Shown here: positions 27,701-39,200 of the stretch, in pieces
How the letters are laid out: each line of letters starts with the position of its first letter
How positions within the stretch are numbered: position 1 is the stretch's first letter
Assembly (NCBI GenBank): GCA_003990765.1
Contig: RBNJ01000139.1
Coordinates: 1 to 39,522, forward strand
Length of the DNA stretch: 39,522 nucleotides
Source of the DNA: Jimgerdemannia flammicorona
Lineage: Eukaryota
Direction: 5' to 3'
The notes under the pieces: model-generated
Told to the model about the DNA's origin: nothing
What the model saw: the letters and a program-made list of their open reading frames with translations, nothing else
The model's database searches: none
Made by a program: the position numbers and the translations under genes

Positions 27701-28603
27701 TAGACTGCAACAGCCTCGATCTTCATAGGGTCTGTGTGGATTCCAGTCTGGTTGATGAGGTGTCCTAGGTAGGTAATTTCTTGAGCTACAAACTTGCATT
27801 TCTTGGGCTTGATGTAGAGGCCATGCTCCTTGAGCCTCTTGAGGGCTAGCTGTATATAATTGACATGTTCCCATACAGTGTTGCTGAAGATGATCACATC
27901 ATCAACATAGACAAAGAGCTATTTTCCAATCTTGTTGCTGAAGACTCTGTTCGTCATTTGCTGGAAACTTGCTGGGGCATTGTACATTCCAAATGGTATT
28001 CGCAGGTAGATATAGGTGGCATTAGGTGTGATGAAGGCTGATTTCTCACTGGCATCTTGAGTGAGATCAATCTGATGGAAGCCTGAGAACTGATCCAAGG
28101 TGGTGTAGTATTTGGCTTTGCTTTCAAGGGTGGTGAGGATTTCTTGAATATTTGGCAAGGGCTGCTTATCCTTCTTGGTAATGGCATTGAGTTTCCTATA
28201 GTCAATGCAGAGTCTTAGTACAAACTCTCCAGGCTTACTTCCTTTCTTTGGGGCTAGGATAATGGGTGAGGCCCAGGGGCTGATATGTAGCTCACTTGAT
28301 GATTCCAGCTTCTTCCATTTCCTTGAGTTCTACTTGCAGCCACTCTCTGTAGGCAGGTAGTATGGGTCTGACTTTCTGATAGATGGGCTTGATATCACTG
28401 GTGTCAACTTCATGATAGTACTTGGGCTCTTGATTATGGATATTCCTAAAGTCTGTAGCAAGTACTCATTCATTCTGGTGCAGGATCTTGAGAAGTTATT
28501 CCTCCAGGGGAAAGTTTTCTCCAATGGTATATGTGTGCTTGTTCTGGTCCTTGTCTTTCTTGTGCTCAAGTTCGGTAATCTTGGTGGCAGCATAGGCTCC
28601 TCT

Positions 28604-29014
28604 TCCAGTAGATCCAAAGCTTTATTCTCCTCTCTTGGTCTTGATGAGTTCAATGGCTTCTATGATCTTTGGCTTCTTGACTTCATGGATCAGTATCTGG
28701 CCAATCCTGTCATGCTTCTTGACTTTGAAGGAGGTGGTATGGTTGTGATTTCTGACTATGAGGAAGATCTTGCCAGTGTAATCAGGGTCAATTACTCCTC
28801 CTTTAACTGAGATTTTGCCTTTGGCCAGACTGCTCCTGGTCTTGATAATTCTGGCATGGTTTTCTAGTAACTTGACTCCAATTTCAGTGCCAAGTAGGGT
28901 GGTGGTCTGTGGTTCGAGGGTAGCATCTTGAATGCTGGCAAGGTCCATTCCTATGGCTCCTTCAGTCTTGTATTCTGGGATCTTGGCTTCAGGGTGAAAC
29001 TTCTTAATCTTGAG
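28604..29014 (-). pseudogene. Trimeric dUTPase domain within gypsy A pol, between protease and RT
   Basis: All five motifs: AIGMDL, RSSLA, GGVIDPDYTG, RIGQ, RGE*SFGSTG (premature stop in motif 5). Confidence 0.93.
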
Positions 29015-30366
29015 GGTGATGTCTGATTCTTGTTCCTCCTCATTGTCACTGTCAGCTTGAAGCTCTGGGGGCTGGTCATCTTCTTTGGCTTTCCTTTTTG
29101 CTTTGGCAGCTTCTTGCTCATATTTCTGTTGGCAGATTTTCCTGACTTTACTGATACAGGACCAGCAGTCATTCAGGTGTTCAGAGTAGTATATTCTAGT
29201 ACCATGGGGGCATCTTCCTTGAGGGGCATAGCCATTGATGATCTTGTGGTACCACTGCTCATCTGTGAGCTTGGGTGTCTTGTTCTTGTTCTTGTTTACC
29301 AAGTGCATGAAGACCTCTGTGTCTTCTTCATCTCCTTCCTCTATGTCTAGTAGGACTCCTTTGTGGACATTGATAGAGACTCGTACCTTTCTCCCTCTGT
29401 AGTTGATCTGCATCTTCTGGGCATTGAGGTCAATGATGGCCTTGGTCTTGTGAAGCCATTGGTTGCCAATGAGGATATCATAGTTGATAGCACTTGTAAC
29501 AATCATGTCTACTGGGATGATAGCTCCTCCTATCTTGATGGGGACTTCTCAGATTTTGCCAAGGGGGGTAGCTCATGTACCATCTGCTGTAACATAGACC
29601 ATCTTGGTGGACTCTTCAATATCCCAACCCTAGGTGGTCAATTGCCTTCTTGCTCATGAGGCATCCTCCAGCACCAGTATCAATGATGGCATCAAAGATA
29701 CAGTCTTTGATCTGGTAGGGAGTATAGGCTGATGTCTTGCACTGGTCTTCAGATTCTTCACCTGAGTTCTCGGATTCTTCCTGTGTATTGTGAGCTTCTA
29801 CAATCTTGCACTCTTGATTCTTAGCAGTAGTTGCAAGTCCTACTCTCAACTGCTGTCTGAAGGCAGGGACTTCAGCTAGCTATCCAAAAGTGGCATTGAC
29901 CTTCTGTTCTTTAAGGTCCTTGTAGATATCATACTGGTGGATCTTGGTCTTGTGCAGCTTCTATTCCTTCTTGCCTTCACTTTCTCCTGAAACTGGAGTA
30001 GTGCCTTCTATGATTTGGTGGGTAGCTTCATCTAACTCCATGTCTTGATCAATCTCCTCAGGTTGGGTCTTACTTTAAATAGTGACAGCTGGGGTCTTCT
30101 TTGATCTTCCAACTGGCTTGCTGTTGCTCTTCTTGTCATAGGGCTTGGACCAGGTTCTGGTACCTTCAGTAGCTGGGTAGAATTTGAGCTCCTCATAGTA
30201 TTCTTCATCATCAGTATCACTGATCTCCTCGATGACTACTGCATTGGTTTGTTTTCTGGTTCTGCTAGCATTGCTTGGTTGGGCTTTGCATCTTGTTTCA
30301 GTCATGCAACTCTTTGCATAGTGGCCTTCTTCTCCACATCTGAAGCATGTAATATTGTATTCTTCT

Positions 30367-31550
30367 TTTTTTTTTTGTTTAACAGACTCTATGTCCTGCG
30401 GATTTTTATTGGAAAGGAACCTAGACTATATAGACCAAAACCCTCCCCCACCACCCATCAAGCACTGCCCCCCCATTAATCTAGGCTAGCTATTGTCCAG
30501 CAGCTCGACTATACCAGATGCAGTAGGAAAAATTAGCCCATACCTCATTCTGTGCACCATGCTCTCCCTACCACCAGGGGAAGCCCAGCCATATGCCAAC
30601 GACCGAAAGTGCATGCCTGAGAACCCAACGTATGTACAAGGCCATGCCCGAGCCAAATAGAATAGCCCCTGCCACCCCAAAGAGAATGACAGGCAAAGAA
30701 AAAACCCTCATCAAAGCACAACATTGTGGGTAGGGCCTGGTTCTCCTAGTCGAGGTGAGTAGAGGACTTACATGTGAGGTGGGAGGAGACTCCCAATACC
30801 CCACTACTCAAGCCTGTGGGCCTTGATCATATTGCTGTGTCAGCTCCCAGTTCCAGTTGAGTGTAGCCAAGATGCCTGAAATGGGTAGCCTCGGGCCCCC
30901 CGACCCCCCTGATGACTGGGGCCCAATCCCATGAATTGCCAAAAGAAGCCGAGAGTGACACCTACCACCTAACCGCACCGCACCAATCAAAAGGCCCCAC
31001 CAAAGCAGCACCTGCCCCAGCCCCAACGACCGCCCCCAGCCTGGCACCCTACTGGTTCACCGTAATTGCCCTTCCTCCTATCTGTGATGGCCATCTCCCC
31101 TCCCATTCTGACATTACCCAAAAAACAGTCACCTATGCCAGAACTGTGCTCACCGGGAAGCTCGCCAAAGCCAGAGGGCCCCACCACAGGCACTGAGGAC
31201 CTGCAGGTAACCTACACTGAGCACTTGATGCCCAAGGTCAGCCAACTCCCTACGTAGCCCAAGACACACCAAGATAACTCCTAGTTGGCGACAGCAAAAG
31301 GAAGAAGGTGCCGCACCAAAATGGACACACCCCAGACACAGCTGAAGGCACCAGAATCCACGAAAAAGTGGAGGAATCACTGATCTGACACTGATAAAGG
31401 GGCAACTCATCACCATTGCCCTCCTCCCACCATGCCCCTACAGGCACAGCAAACCAACCTGAGGTAGAGGGGGTAATAATAGGGGAAAGGGGACTTGGAA
31501 GATTGCCCACCAAACCTTGTGACTGGTAAGGTAGCAGAGAAAGGAGCTAG
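30367..31550 (-). mobile_element. Non-coding non-LTR (SINE-like) retroelement, copy 2, inserted into gypsy A gag
   Basis: Poly(A) tail (T run at 30367-30376), AATAAA ~30 nt upstream of it, 15-bp TSD ATATTG(T/C)ATTCTTCT at 30352-30366 and 31551-31565. Interrupts gag just before the zinc knuckle; GC-rich, no recognisable ORF. Confidence 0.9.
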
Positions 31551-32410
31551 ATATTGCATTCTTCTGTAGCAGCTGCAAATCTCTGTACTGGTCTCCTGTT
31601 AGTGCTTTGGACTTCTCTGACAACATCACCAAGGTGTGCAGTCATCTCAGTGAACTGCTTGGTGAGTTTCTCCACTGGGTCAGCTTTGGCTGTCTTGGGA
31701 GTAGGTGGAGTTGGTTGTCTGTTTATAACTGTAGTAGATAAGATGCTAGTTGGCTTTGATGGCTCTATCTTGATACTAGTTATTTTCTCCATTGAGTGTT
31801 TGGCAGGATGTCTGGCAGTCCAATATCTCTGTGCAAAGACCACTTTCTGATCAAGGGTCAGTGTAGCTGGGGTAGATCAGATTGCTAGGACAATTTCAGG
31901 GTGAACTCCTTTGAGAAAGATTGAATCTACTATTTGTTCCTTGAGGCAGTCATCATAGCTAGCCAAGACAATTTGGTGGCAAATTTGGGTATAGAATGAG
32001 TTGAGATCTTCACTAAGTCCCTGGCAGATAGTATTGAGTTGATCCTTGAGAGCTTGCTTGATCTCTTTGGTATAATATGTTGTTCTGAGGAAGACCTTCA
32101 TGTTGGCAAGTTTGGCTGCACTAGTATCAGCAATGGTAGCTGCATTGAACTTGTCTCTAGCAGGTCCTCTGAGGTTAACTGGTAGAAGGGCTAATTGAGC
32201 ATCTACACCAAGGGCTCGTATGGCAGCAAATTGTTCAAAGTCTTCAATGAAGATCAGGATTGACTCTTCAGTAATATATCCATAGAATGTGGGGGGGTGC
32301 ATTTCCATCTTGTCTTGAATTCTTGCAGGAGTGACTCTTGTAGTCAGGGTAGTTGTTGTGGGGGTTGTTCATTTTTCAGCTTGAAAGTGAGGGATTCATC
32401 TTGAATCACC

Positions 32411-32425
32411 AGCCAATGGGCACCA
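32411..32425 (-). promoter_or_regulatory. tRNA primer-binding site of gypsy A
   Basis: TGGTGCCCATTGGCT lies 3 nt inside the 5' LTR boundary; identical at 38366-38380 in gypsy B. tRNA identity not determined. Confidence 0.85.
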
Positions 32426-32428
32426 AGT

Positions 32429-33950
32429 TATCATGTAGTGGTTGCTGAGTCCTTCAAATACATCAGATTCTCTTCAAGATATATCTCTTAGACTAACTCA
32501 AGTTTGTTATAAGCAAGTTCTTATTGGAGTGCCTTCCTAAGGTCTTATAGTCCTCAAACTTCTTATCTTTAAACTGTCTTGTTATCTCTTAGATTGCTTG
32601 CAAGAAAGTGTATATATTGTACTGAGAAGACTGACTTTATTTCAGAGGAAATAAGAGGGATATTTATACAAAATATAATTCAATAGTTGCTAAGATATAA
32701 AGCTAAATATAAATTCCAATAACTAAAACTACTAAGTTCCAGGGCTGGCACTGATGGTTGTACAGGTTCAGGATGCTGGCATTATTTAGTGTCACATCAA
32801 AATGCCAGTGCTGGAACAATTTCACATCACCTCAGAATACTAGTGCTGGCATTATCCAGTATTATATGAGAATCAGTGCTGGCATTATTCAGTATAACAA
32901 AGAACTTTTAGAGCAGAAAGTTCAGGATCATGGGGGCTTCATAATCATCATCACTGAAGGAGATGAGATCTGCAAACTCATCATATAGGTCGCGCATTTC
33001 ACATATGTCACACAGAATGATGTCATCACGTTTAGCTGTGGTAGGGAAATCGGGAACAAGGAGATCTGAAGCTCTCCAGTCTATGAGGTTCTCTTCTACA
33101 AAATAGAGAACAAATGTGAGGTCTTGGGGAGGTCTAACCTAGGTGCTTGGGCCTTGAAATACTGAGATCAATCCTTGCAGGAATTGGTCTGAGTTGTCCT
33201 GAAGGATAGGATGCCAGAAGTCTTCTACTTCTTCACTGTTGAGGGTGATAGTGGACTGGGCTTCTGTAGCCACTCTGGCTTCTAGTGCATTGATATGGTG
33301 GGATGATAGGTCTCTGAAGTCTGAGACTCTGACATACTCCAAGTTGGGGATCAACCATGGTGCATACCTGAAGATCTGATGGATCTTCTTAGCTGTCCTC
33401 ATTTCGCATATATCTATGGGAGTGGTATCTTGTAGCTCTTGGGTACTGGCCTGTGGGAACTCTCAGCAGAGGAGGTTTCCTATTTCGTACTCCTGCCATA
33501 TTTGGAGGCATTCAGTAGCAATGGTGATCCTTATTTCCATTTCATAGCAGTAGAGAATGAAGTGATAAGGGTCCACAGTACCCAGGTTGACACTAGGAGT
33601 CCTTCTTGAGCAGGTCCTCATGGCTCTTCTGATGTCTTGGAACATCCTTTCCTCAACTGAGATACCTTGGTAATTCCTTGACCTTGAGGTTTGGTGTGCA
33701 GTAGGCATTTTGTTTATGGTAAGTCTTTGAGCTATTTTGGGATTGGTGGTTCTTATTGATTGCTGCTATTGCAGTTCCTTGATCCTTCTTTTATATTCTT
33801 CAGAATACTTGTGCTATGGTCACAATGACTCACAGTTGGTCATCATTGCTCATCTTATATACTATATGATCTTCTTGTGCTCTAATCTAGTGGCTTGCAA
33901 GAAAAGGCTGTCTCCTGTACTGATGTCATCATTCTGGGGTCACCATTACA
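32429..33950 (-). repeat. 5' LTR of gypsy A (1522 bp)
   Basis: Homologous to 19048-19875 plus 24796-25525; adjacent to the PBS. Confidence 0.9.
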
Positions 33951-34585
33951 ATAGCTAAGATATGCAATAATGTACTCTTTTTTGTCTTCCTTTTGAGCTA
34001 AGACTGCTCCTAGTCTCTGTGTACTTACATCTGTCTGCAGGATGAATTTTTGAGTCCAATTGGGTCATCTGAGGATGGGTGTCTGGGTCAGTCTGACCTT
34101 GAGTTTATCAAATGCTTTTTGTTGTCTACCAGTCTACTGGAACTTAGTGTCCTTCTTATTGAGTTCATAGATTAGATCTGTGATATTGGAGAATTCTCTA
34201 ATAAATCTGTAATAGTAGGAGGCAAGTCCCATGAAGGCTTGGGCTTCTGTTACAGTGGTGGGCCTTGGGTATGCTGCTACTACTTGTATCTTGAGGAGGT
34301 CTGTGTGTGTTCTATCTCGATTGATAATATGGCCAAGATAGGAGATCTCAATTTCTACAAACTTGCACTTCTTGGGTTTGATGTAAAGGCCATGTTATCT
34401 CAGTCTCTTCATTATCTGCTGTATGTGCTGCAGATGTTCCTCAGGTGTCTTGCTGTAGATGATTACATCATCAATATAAACCATCATCCATCTTTCCATA
34501 TCATAGTGGAAGATTTTGTTCATCATTCCCTAGAAGCTTGCTGGTGCATTGCACATCCCGAATGACATTTACAGGTAGATGTAGG

Positions 34586-35209
34586 TAGTGCTCCTAATGA
34601 GTCAATTTAATCCAGATTGGATTCGGATTGATTCGGATTGAATCCCATCCAGATGGATTCGAATCAACCATTGTTTTGATTTCCAAATTAGATAATTAAA
34701 TGTTTACATCATTAACTCAATGAATAATCATCCAAATTTGATGATCTTGGTGTCATTTGAAAGCCCTTAATAAGGCCTATCTAATGATGCCAAGAACATT
34801 GAAATCCAATCATGCGTTGCTGAGTTATGAAGGAACCTGTCTGAATCGCCAATTTTGGAAATTCTTCGATTTGCCAATTTTGGAAATTTCGTCAAATAGA
34901 ACGTTTTCCTTAATATCTCGGCAACGCGTAATCTGATTTTAATTTTCTTGATATCATTAGAAAGGCCTTATTAAGGGCTTTCAAATGACACCAAGATCAT
35001 CAAATTTGGATGTTTATTCATCGAGTTATTGATGTAAACATTTAATTGTCCAATTTGGAAATCAAAACAATGGTTGATTCGAATCCATCTGGATGGGATT
35101 GGAATCCAATCCGAGTTGATCTGGATGGGATTCGAATCCAATCTGAGTTGATCCGGATGGGATTCGAATCCATCTGAATCCCATCTGGATTGACTCATTT
35201 GGAGCACTA
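34586..35209. mobile_element. hAT-type MITE / foldback element (624 bp) inserted into gypsy B RT
   Basis: TIRs TAGTGCTCC.AATGAGTCAAT / ATTGACTCATT.GGAGCACTA; 8-bp TSD GAT(G/A)TAGG at 34578-34585 and 35210-35217; long inverted arms with repeated GGATTCGAATCC-type motifs; no ORF. Confidence 0.9.
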
Positions 35210-35800
35210 GATATAGGTTTCATCTGGGGTGATAAAGGCTGACTTTTCACTTGCCATTTCTGTGAGTCTGATTTGGTGGAATCCTGAGTATAAGTCCAAG
35301 ATGCTGTAGTACTGTGCTTCATCTCCTAGTATTATAAGGATGTCGCTGATGAAGGGCAGTGGTTGGTAATCCTTCTTGGTAACTGTATTGAGTTTTCTAT
35401 AGTCAATACAGAGTCTTGGGGCAAATTCTCCAGGCTTGCTTCCTTTTTTTGGGGCTAGTACAACTGATGAAGACCAGGGGCTGCTGGCTTCTTTGATAAT
35501 ACTGGCTTCTTCCATCTGCTTGATTTCTTCTCTGAGCCATTCTCGGTAGGCTGGTGGGACAGGTCTTGCCTTCTGGTAAATTGGTTCAGTGTCTCCAGTA
35601 TCTACCTCATGATAGTAGTGTAGAGTCTTTTCTTTAATATCCTTGAAGTCTGTGGCAAGAACATCCTCAAATTCATAGAGTATTTTCTTGAGTTCCTCCT
35701 TGAGTGGGAATTTATTTCAAATGGTATAGCTGTGCTTGTTTGTGATTTCCTTCTTCTTATACTCCAGTTTGGTGATCTTGGTACTGGTGAATACTCCTCT

Positions 35801-36215
35801 TCCTGTAGATCCAAATTCTTTATTTCCTCTTTTCATTTCCTCCAAATTCTTGACTTCTATGATCCTTGGTTGTAGGATCAGAAAGATCAGCATCTGTGCC
35901 AATCAGTCCTTCTTCTTGACTGGAAATGGAATTGTAGGATTGTGATTCCTAGTAATGAGCAGAATTTCTCCAGTATAGTCAGAATTGATAACTCCTCCTT
36001 CAATAGTAATTTTGCTTCTGACTAGGCTGCTTCTTGTCTTGAGAATCCTAACATGATCCTTTGGAATAGTTATCTCCAGTCCAATTATGAGTAGGGTGGT
36101 TGTCTGGGGTTCTAGTATGGCTTCTTCTACTGTAGTGATATCCATTCTAGCTACATTTTCTAACTTGTATTCTGACAAAACTGCATCAGGGTGGGTCCTT
36201 CAAATCTTGACCTTG
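35801..36215 (-). pseudogene. dUTPase domain within gypsy B pol
   Basis: Motifs ARMDI, RSSLV, GGVINSDYTG, LAQ, RGNKEFGSTG, with in-frame stops. Confidence 0.9.
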
Positions 36216-39200
36216 ATTTTTTCTTCATCATCACTATTCTCTAGAAGGGCTGGTAGTTCATCATCTTCCTCCTCCTTCTCTTCTCTAATCTGTTTTTCGA
36301 GAGCTTTCTGTCTTCTTTCCTGGTAGATCTTCTTGATTCTGATGGTGCACTGGTAGCAATCATTGACATACTCCATACAGTACATCTTGGTCCTATGAGG
36401 ACAGACTCCTTGTGGTGTATAGTCTTCTGTGATCTTCTTGTACCATTCTTCTTCACTCAACCATCCTACTTTCTTCTTCAGAGTAGTCACCATATAAGCT
36501 TCCTCTTACTTGCTCTCTTCTTGCTCCATGTCAGGCAAGACTTCTTTATTGACATTAATGGGGATTTGTATCTTCTGTCCCCAATAGGTGATTTGCATCT
36601 TCTGAGCATTGAGATCAATTACTGCTCTGGCTTTATAAAGCCATTGATTGCTGATGAGGATATCATAGTTGGTGGCATTGGTTATGATTATATCTACTAG
36701 GATAGTTGCTCCTCTAATCTTGATGGAGACATCTCAGATTTTTCCCAGAGGAGTGGCTCTTGTACTATCTGCTGTGATAAACACCAACTTGGTTGCTTCT
36801 TCAATCTCCCAACCTAGGCAGTCTGCTGCCTTCTTGCTGAGAAAACATTCTCCTGCTCTAGTATCAATGATGGCTTCAAAGATTCTATCTTTGATTTGAC
36901 ATATTGCATAGGTAGAGGTTTTGCAATTGTCTTCACTTTCTTCTCCTGAGTCCTCTTGAATGTTATTGGTCTCAGTTATCTTCCATTCTTGCTTCTTGAT
37001 TGTTTTGGTGAGTCCAAACCTCATTTGCTGTCTGAATGTTGGGATTTCTGTGAGCTGACCAAAAGTTACATTGACCTTTTATTGGCTAAGATCCTTGAAG
37101 ATATCATACTTAAAGATCTTGGTCTTGTAAAGTTTCTTTTCTTTTTCTCCTTCACTGGCTGGAGTAGTTCCTCAGATAATATCTTAAACTGCTTACTCCA
37201 GCTCCATATCTTGGTCCATCTCTTTGACTTAGCTTTCTGTAACAGTTTCCATCTACTTTTCCACTGGGTTCTTCTTGGGTCTTCCTGGTGGTCTCTTGTA
37301 GGGTTCCTTGTGAACATCCTTCTTAGTGGTCTGGGCAGAATAGGCCTCCTATTCTTCTTTATCAGAATCTCCAATTTCTTTGAAGGTAATTATGTTGGCC
37401 TGCTCCTTGTTTCTAATAGCATTACTTGGTTGGACCTTGCACTTGATTTCACTCATATATTCATAGAAGTAGTAGCCTTCTTCTCTACAGATGTAGCAGA
37501 TATCTTTCTTCTTATCTGAGGTGGCAGCAAACTTCTGAACAGAGCAGTGATCTCTTCCTCTTATCTCCTTTACCACATCTCTCAGGTGGGCAGTCATTTC
37601 TGAAAACCTCTTGATAAGTTCCTCCAAAGGGTCACTGTTCTTTTGCTGCTCTGTAGTTTTTGGCTGAGGTGTGTTTCAATTGATCATTGTAGTAGGGATC
37701 ATACTAGTTGTCTTGGGTGCTTCGATTCTGACTCCTGTGACCCTCTCCATCATATGGTCTTATGGGTGTCTGGCTATCCAGTATTGCTGAGCATAGGTGA
37801 CCTTCTGTGGTAGATCCAGAATTACTGGTGATGAGTGGATGACCATGACTATCTCTGGGTAGACTCCTTTCATGAAGGTTGCTTCTGCTACTTGGTCTCG
37901 GATAGTATCAGCATAATCTGCAAGAATTATCTAGTATCAGATTCTTGTGTAGAATATGTTTGGATCTTCACTCATTCCTTGGCATATTGTATTGAGCTGA
38001 TCCTTTAGAGCTTGTTTGATTTCATCTGTATAGTAGGTAGTTCAAAGCCAGGTCTTCTGTGCTACCAGTGTAGTAATGGTATCATTTCTCACATAGTTTG
38101 TAGCTGTGAATGCTGCTCTTGTAGGGCCTCATAGGCTAAAGGGCATAAGGGCTACTTGCTGTACTGCTGTCAGAGTTCTTACAGTGACATATTGCTTGAA
38201 ATTATCAATGAAGGTGATAATTGATTCATCTGAGATATATTCATAGAATACTGGTGGTCTCATATCCATCTTGTCTGGGTATTGGGGCTTGGTTTGTATG
38301 ATTATTTAGGTAGTGGCAGTTGTTTATTGTTCAGCTTAAAAGTGAGGGATTTGTCTTGAATCACCAGCCAATGGGCACCAAGTTGTAACATAGCAGACAC
38401 TTACTCTTGAAAGTAAGTTGGACTTCTGTATCTTGAATACTTGACTGTTCTGACTCTTGTAGAGTCTTTGGGGTTACAGAGGTAGGTGAGTTCGAAGTAT
38501 ATCTGCCTGCAGGCTTACTAGTTCCTTGCTATCTCTTTGCTTTGAACTATTTTGATCTGAGGCTTTATTTACTCTAAGATACTGGGTTATTTATATAAGT
38601 TTTGCTAGCTATAAGATAGCTAAGTTATAACTATGTTTCCTATGAGTCATTTCTTTCATAAGTGTTAAATCCTTGACATCTATTAAATCTTTAACAATCA
38701 TTGAAGAGTTTAACATCTGTGAATAGTTTAACATTCGTGAAAACTTTAATATTTGTAAAATGACTGCTATCTGGACTATATTATATTTGGAAATCAGATT
38801 CAGGTACTATGATCAAATGTCTTATTCTCCTGATTCATACTACTAATTCAGATCAACCATCACACTATATTTAGCTTCTGATAAATTAAAGAAGTTCAAG
38901 AGCAATTTATTTAGCATGAGTGATATCAGCTTAATCATAAAGACTTGGGGGTCAATATTCAAATTAAAACCAATCATTCTTGACCAAGGAACCCACTGGC
39001 CTACAGGAGTCTTCAATAATGAAAAGAACCATACTATTATTAATAAATATAGAGAGATGGTTATAATAGTGGTGAGGAGTCTTTATAGTGAAGAACTTTA
39101 CAATTATATCTATGAGATTTACAAGAATTGTGTCAAATATCAGATAGTGGGAAAAAGAGAGTATAATAAGCAAAGAGATGAAGTTTGGACAGGAATTAGA

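Larger units (their letters stand above)
19048..33950 (-). mobile_element. Ty3/gypsy LTR retrotransposon A (gag-PR-dUTPase-RT-RH-IN, ~1.5-kb LTRs), degenerate, with nested insertions
   Basis: Paired LTRs at 19048-25525 (interrupted by copia) and 32429-33950; PBS TGGTGCCCATTGGCT; PPT AGGAAGAAGA at 25526-25535. Gag from 32308 with knuckle CFRCGEEGHYAKSC; protease AIIDTGA; RT YVDD (~27905); RNase H; integrase HIAIDIIG; C-terminal GPF motif. Confidence 0.93.
33951..38640 (-). mobile_element. Ty3/gypsy element B, related to A and dUTPase-bearing, truncated within RNase H
   Basis: LTR boundary TGTAAC at 38384 next to the same PBS; gag from ~38268 with knuckle CYICREEGY; PR AIIDTRA; dUTPase; RT APRLCIDYRKLN; RH FILQTD..LGAVLAQ..IAYLS cut off by LTR A. 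The outer LTR end is unresolved, so the end coordinate is approximate. Confidence 0.88.

Noticed and set aside
30905-30950. Hammerhead ribozyme core (CTGATGA) in the SINE-like element
   Set aside because: No correctly placed GAAA or stems, it lies on the antisense strand, and it is not retained in copy 1.
30486-31513. Short ORFs within the SINE-like element
   Set aside because: No recognisable domains; expected by chance in GC-rich DNA.
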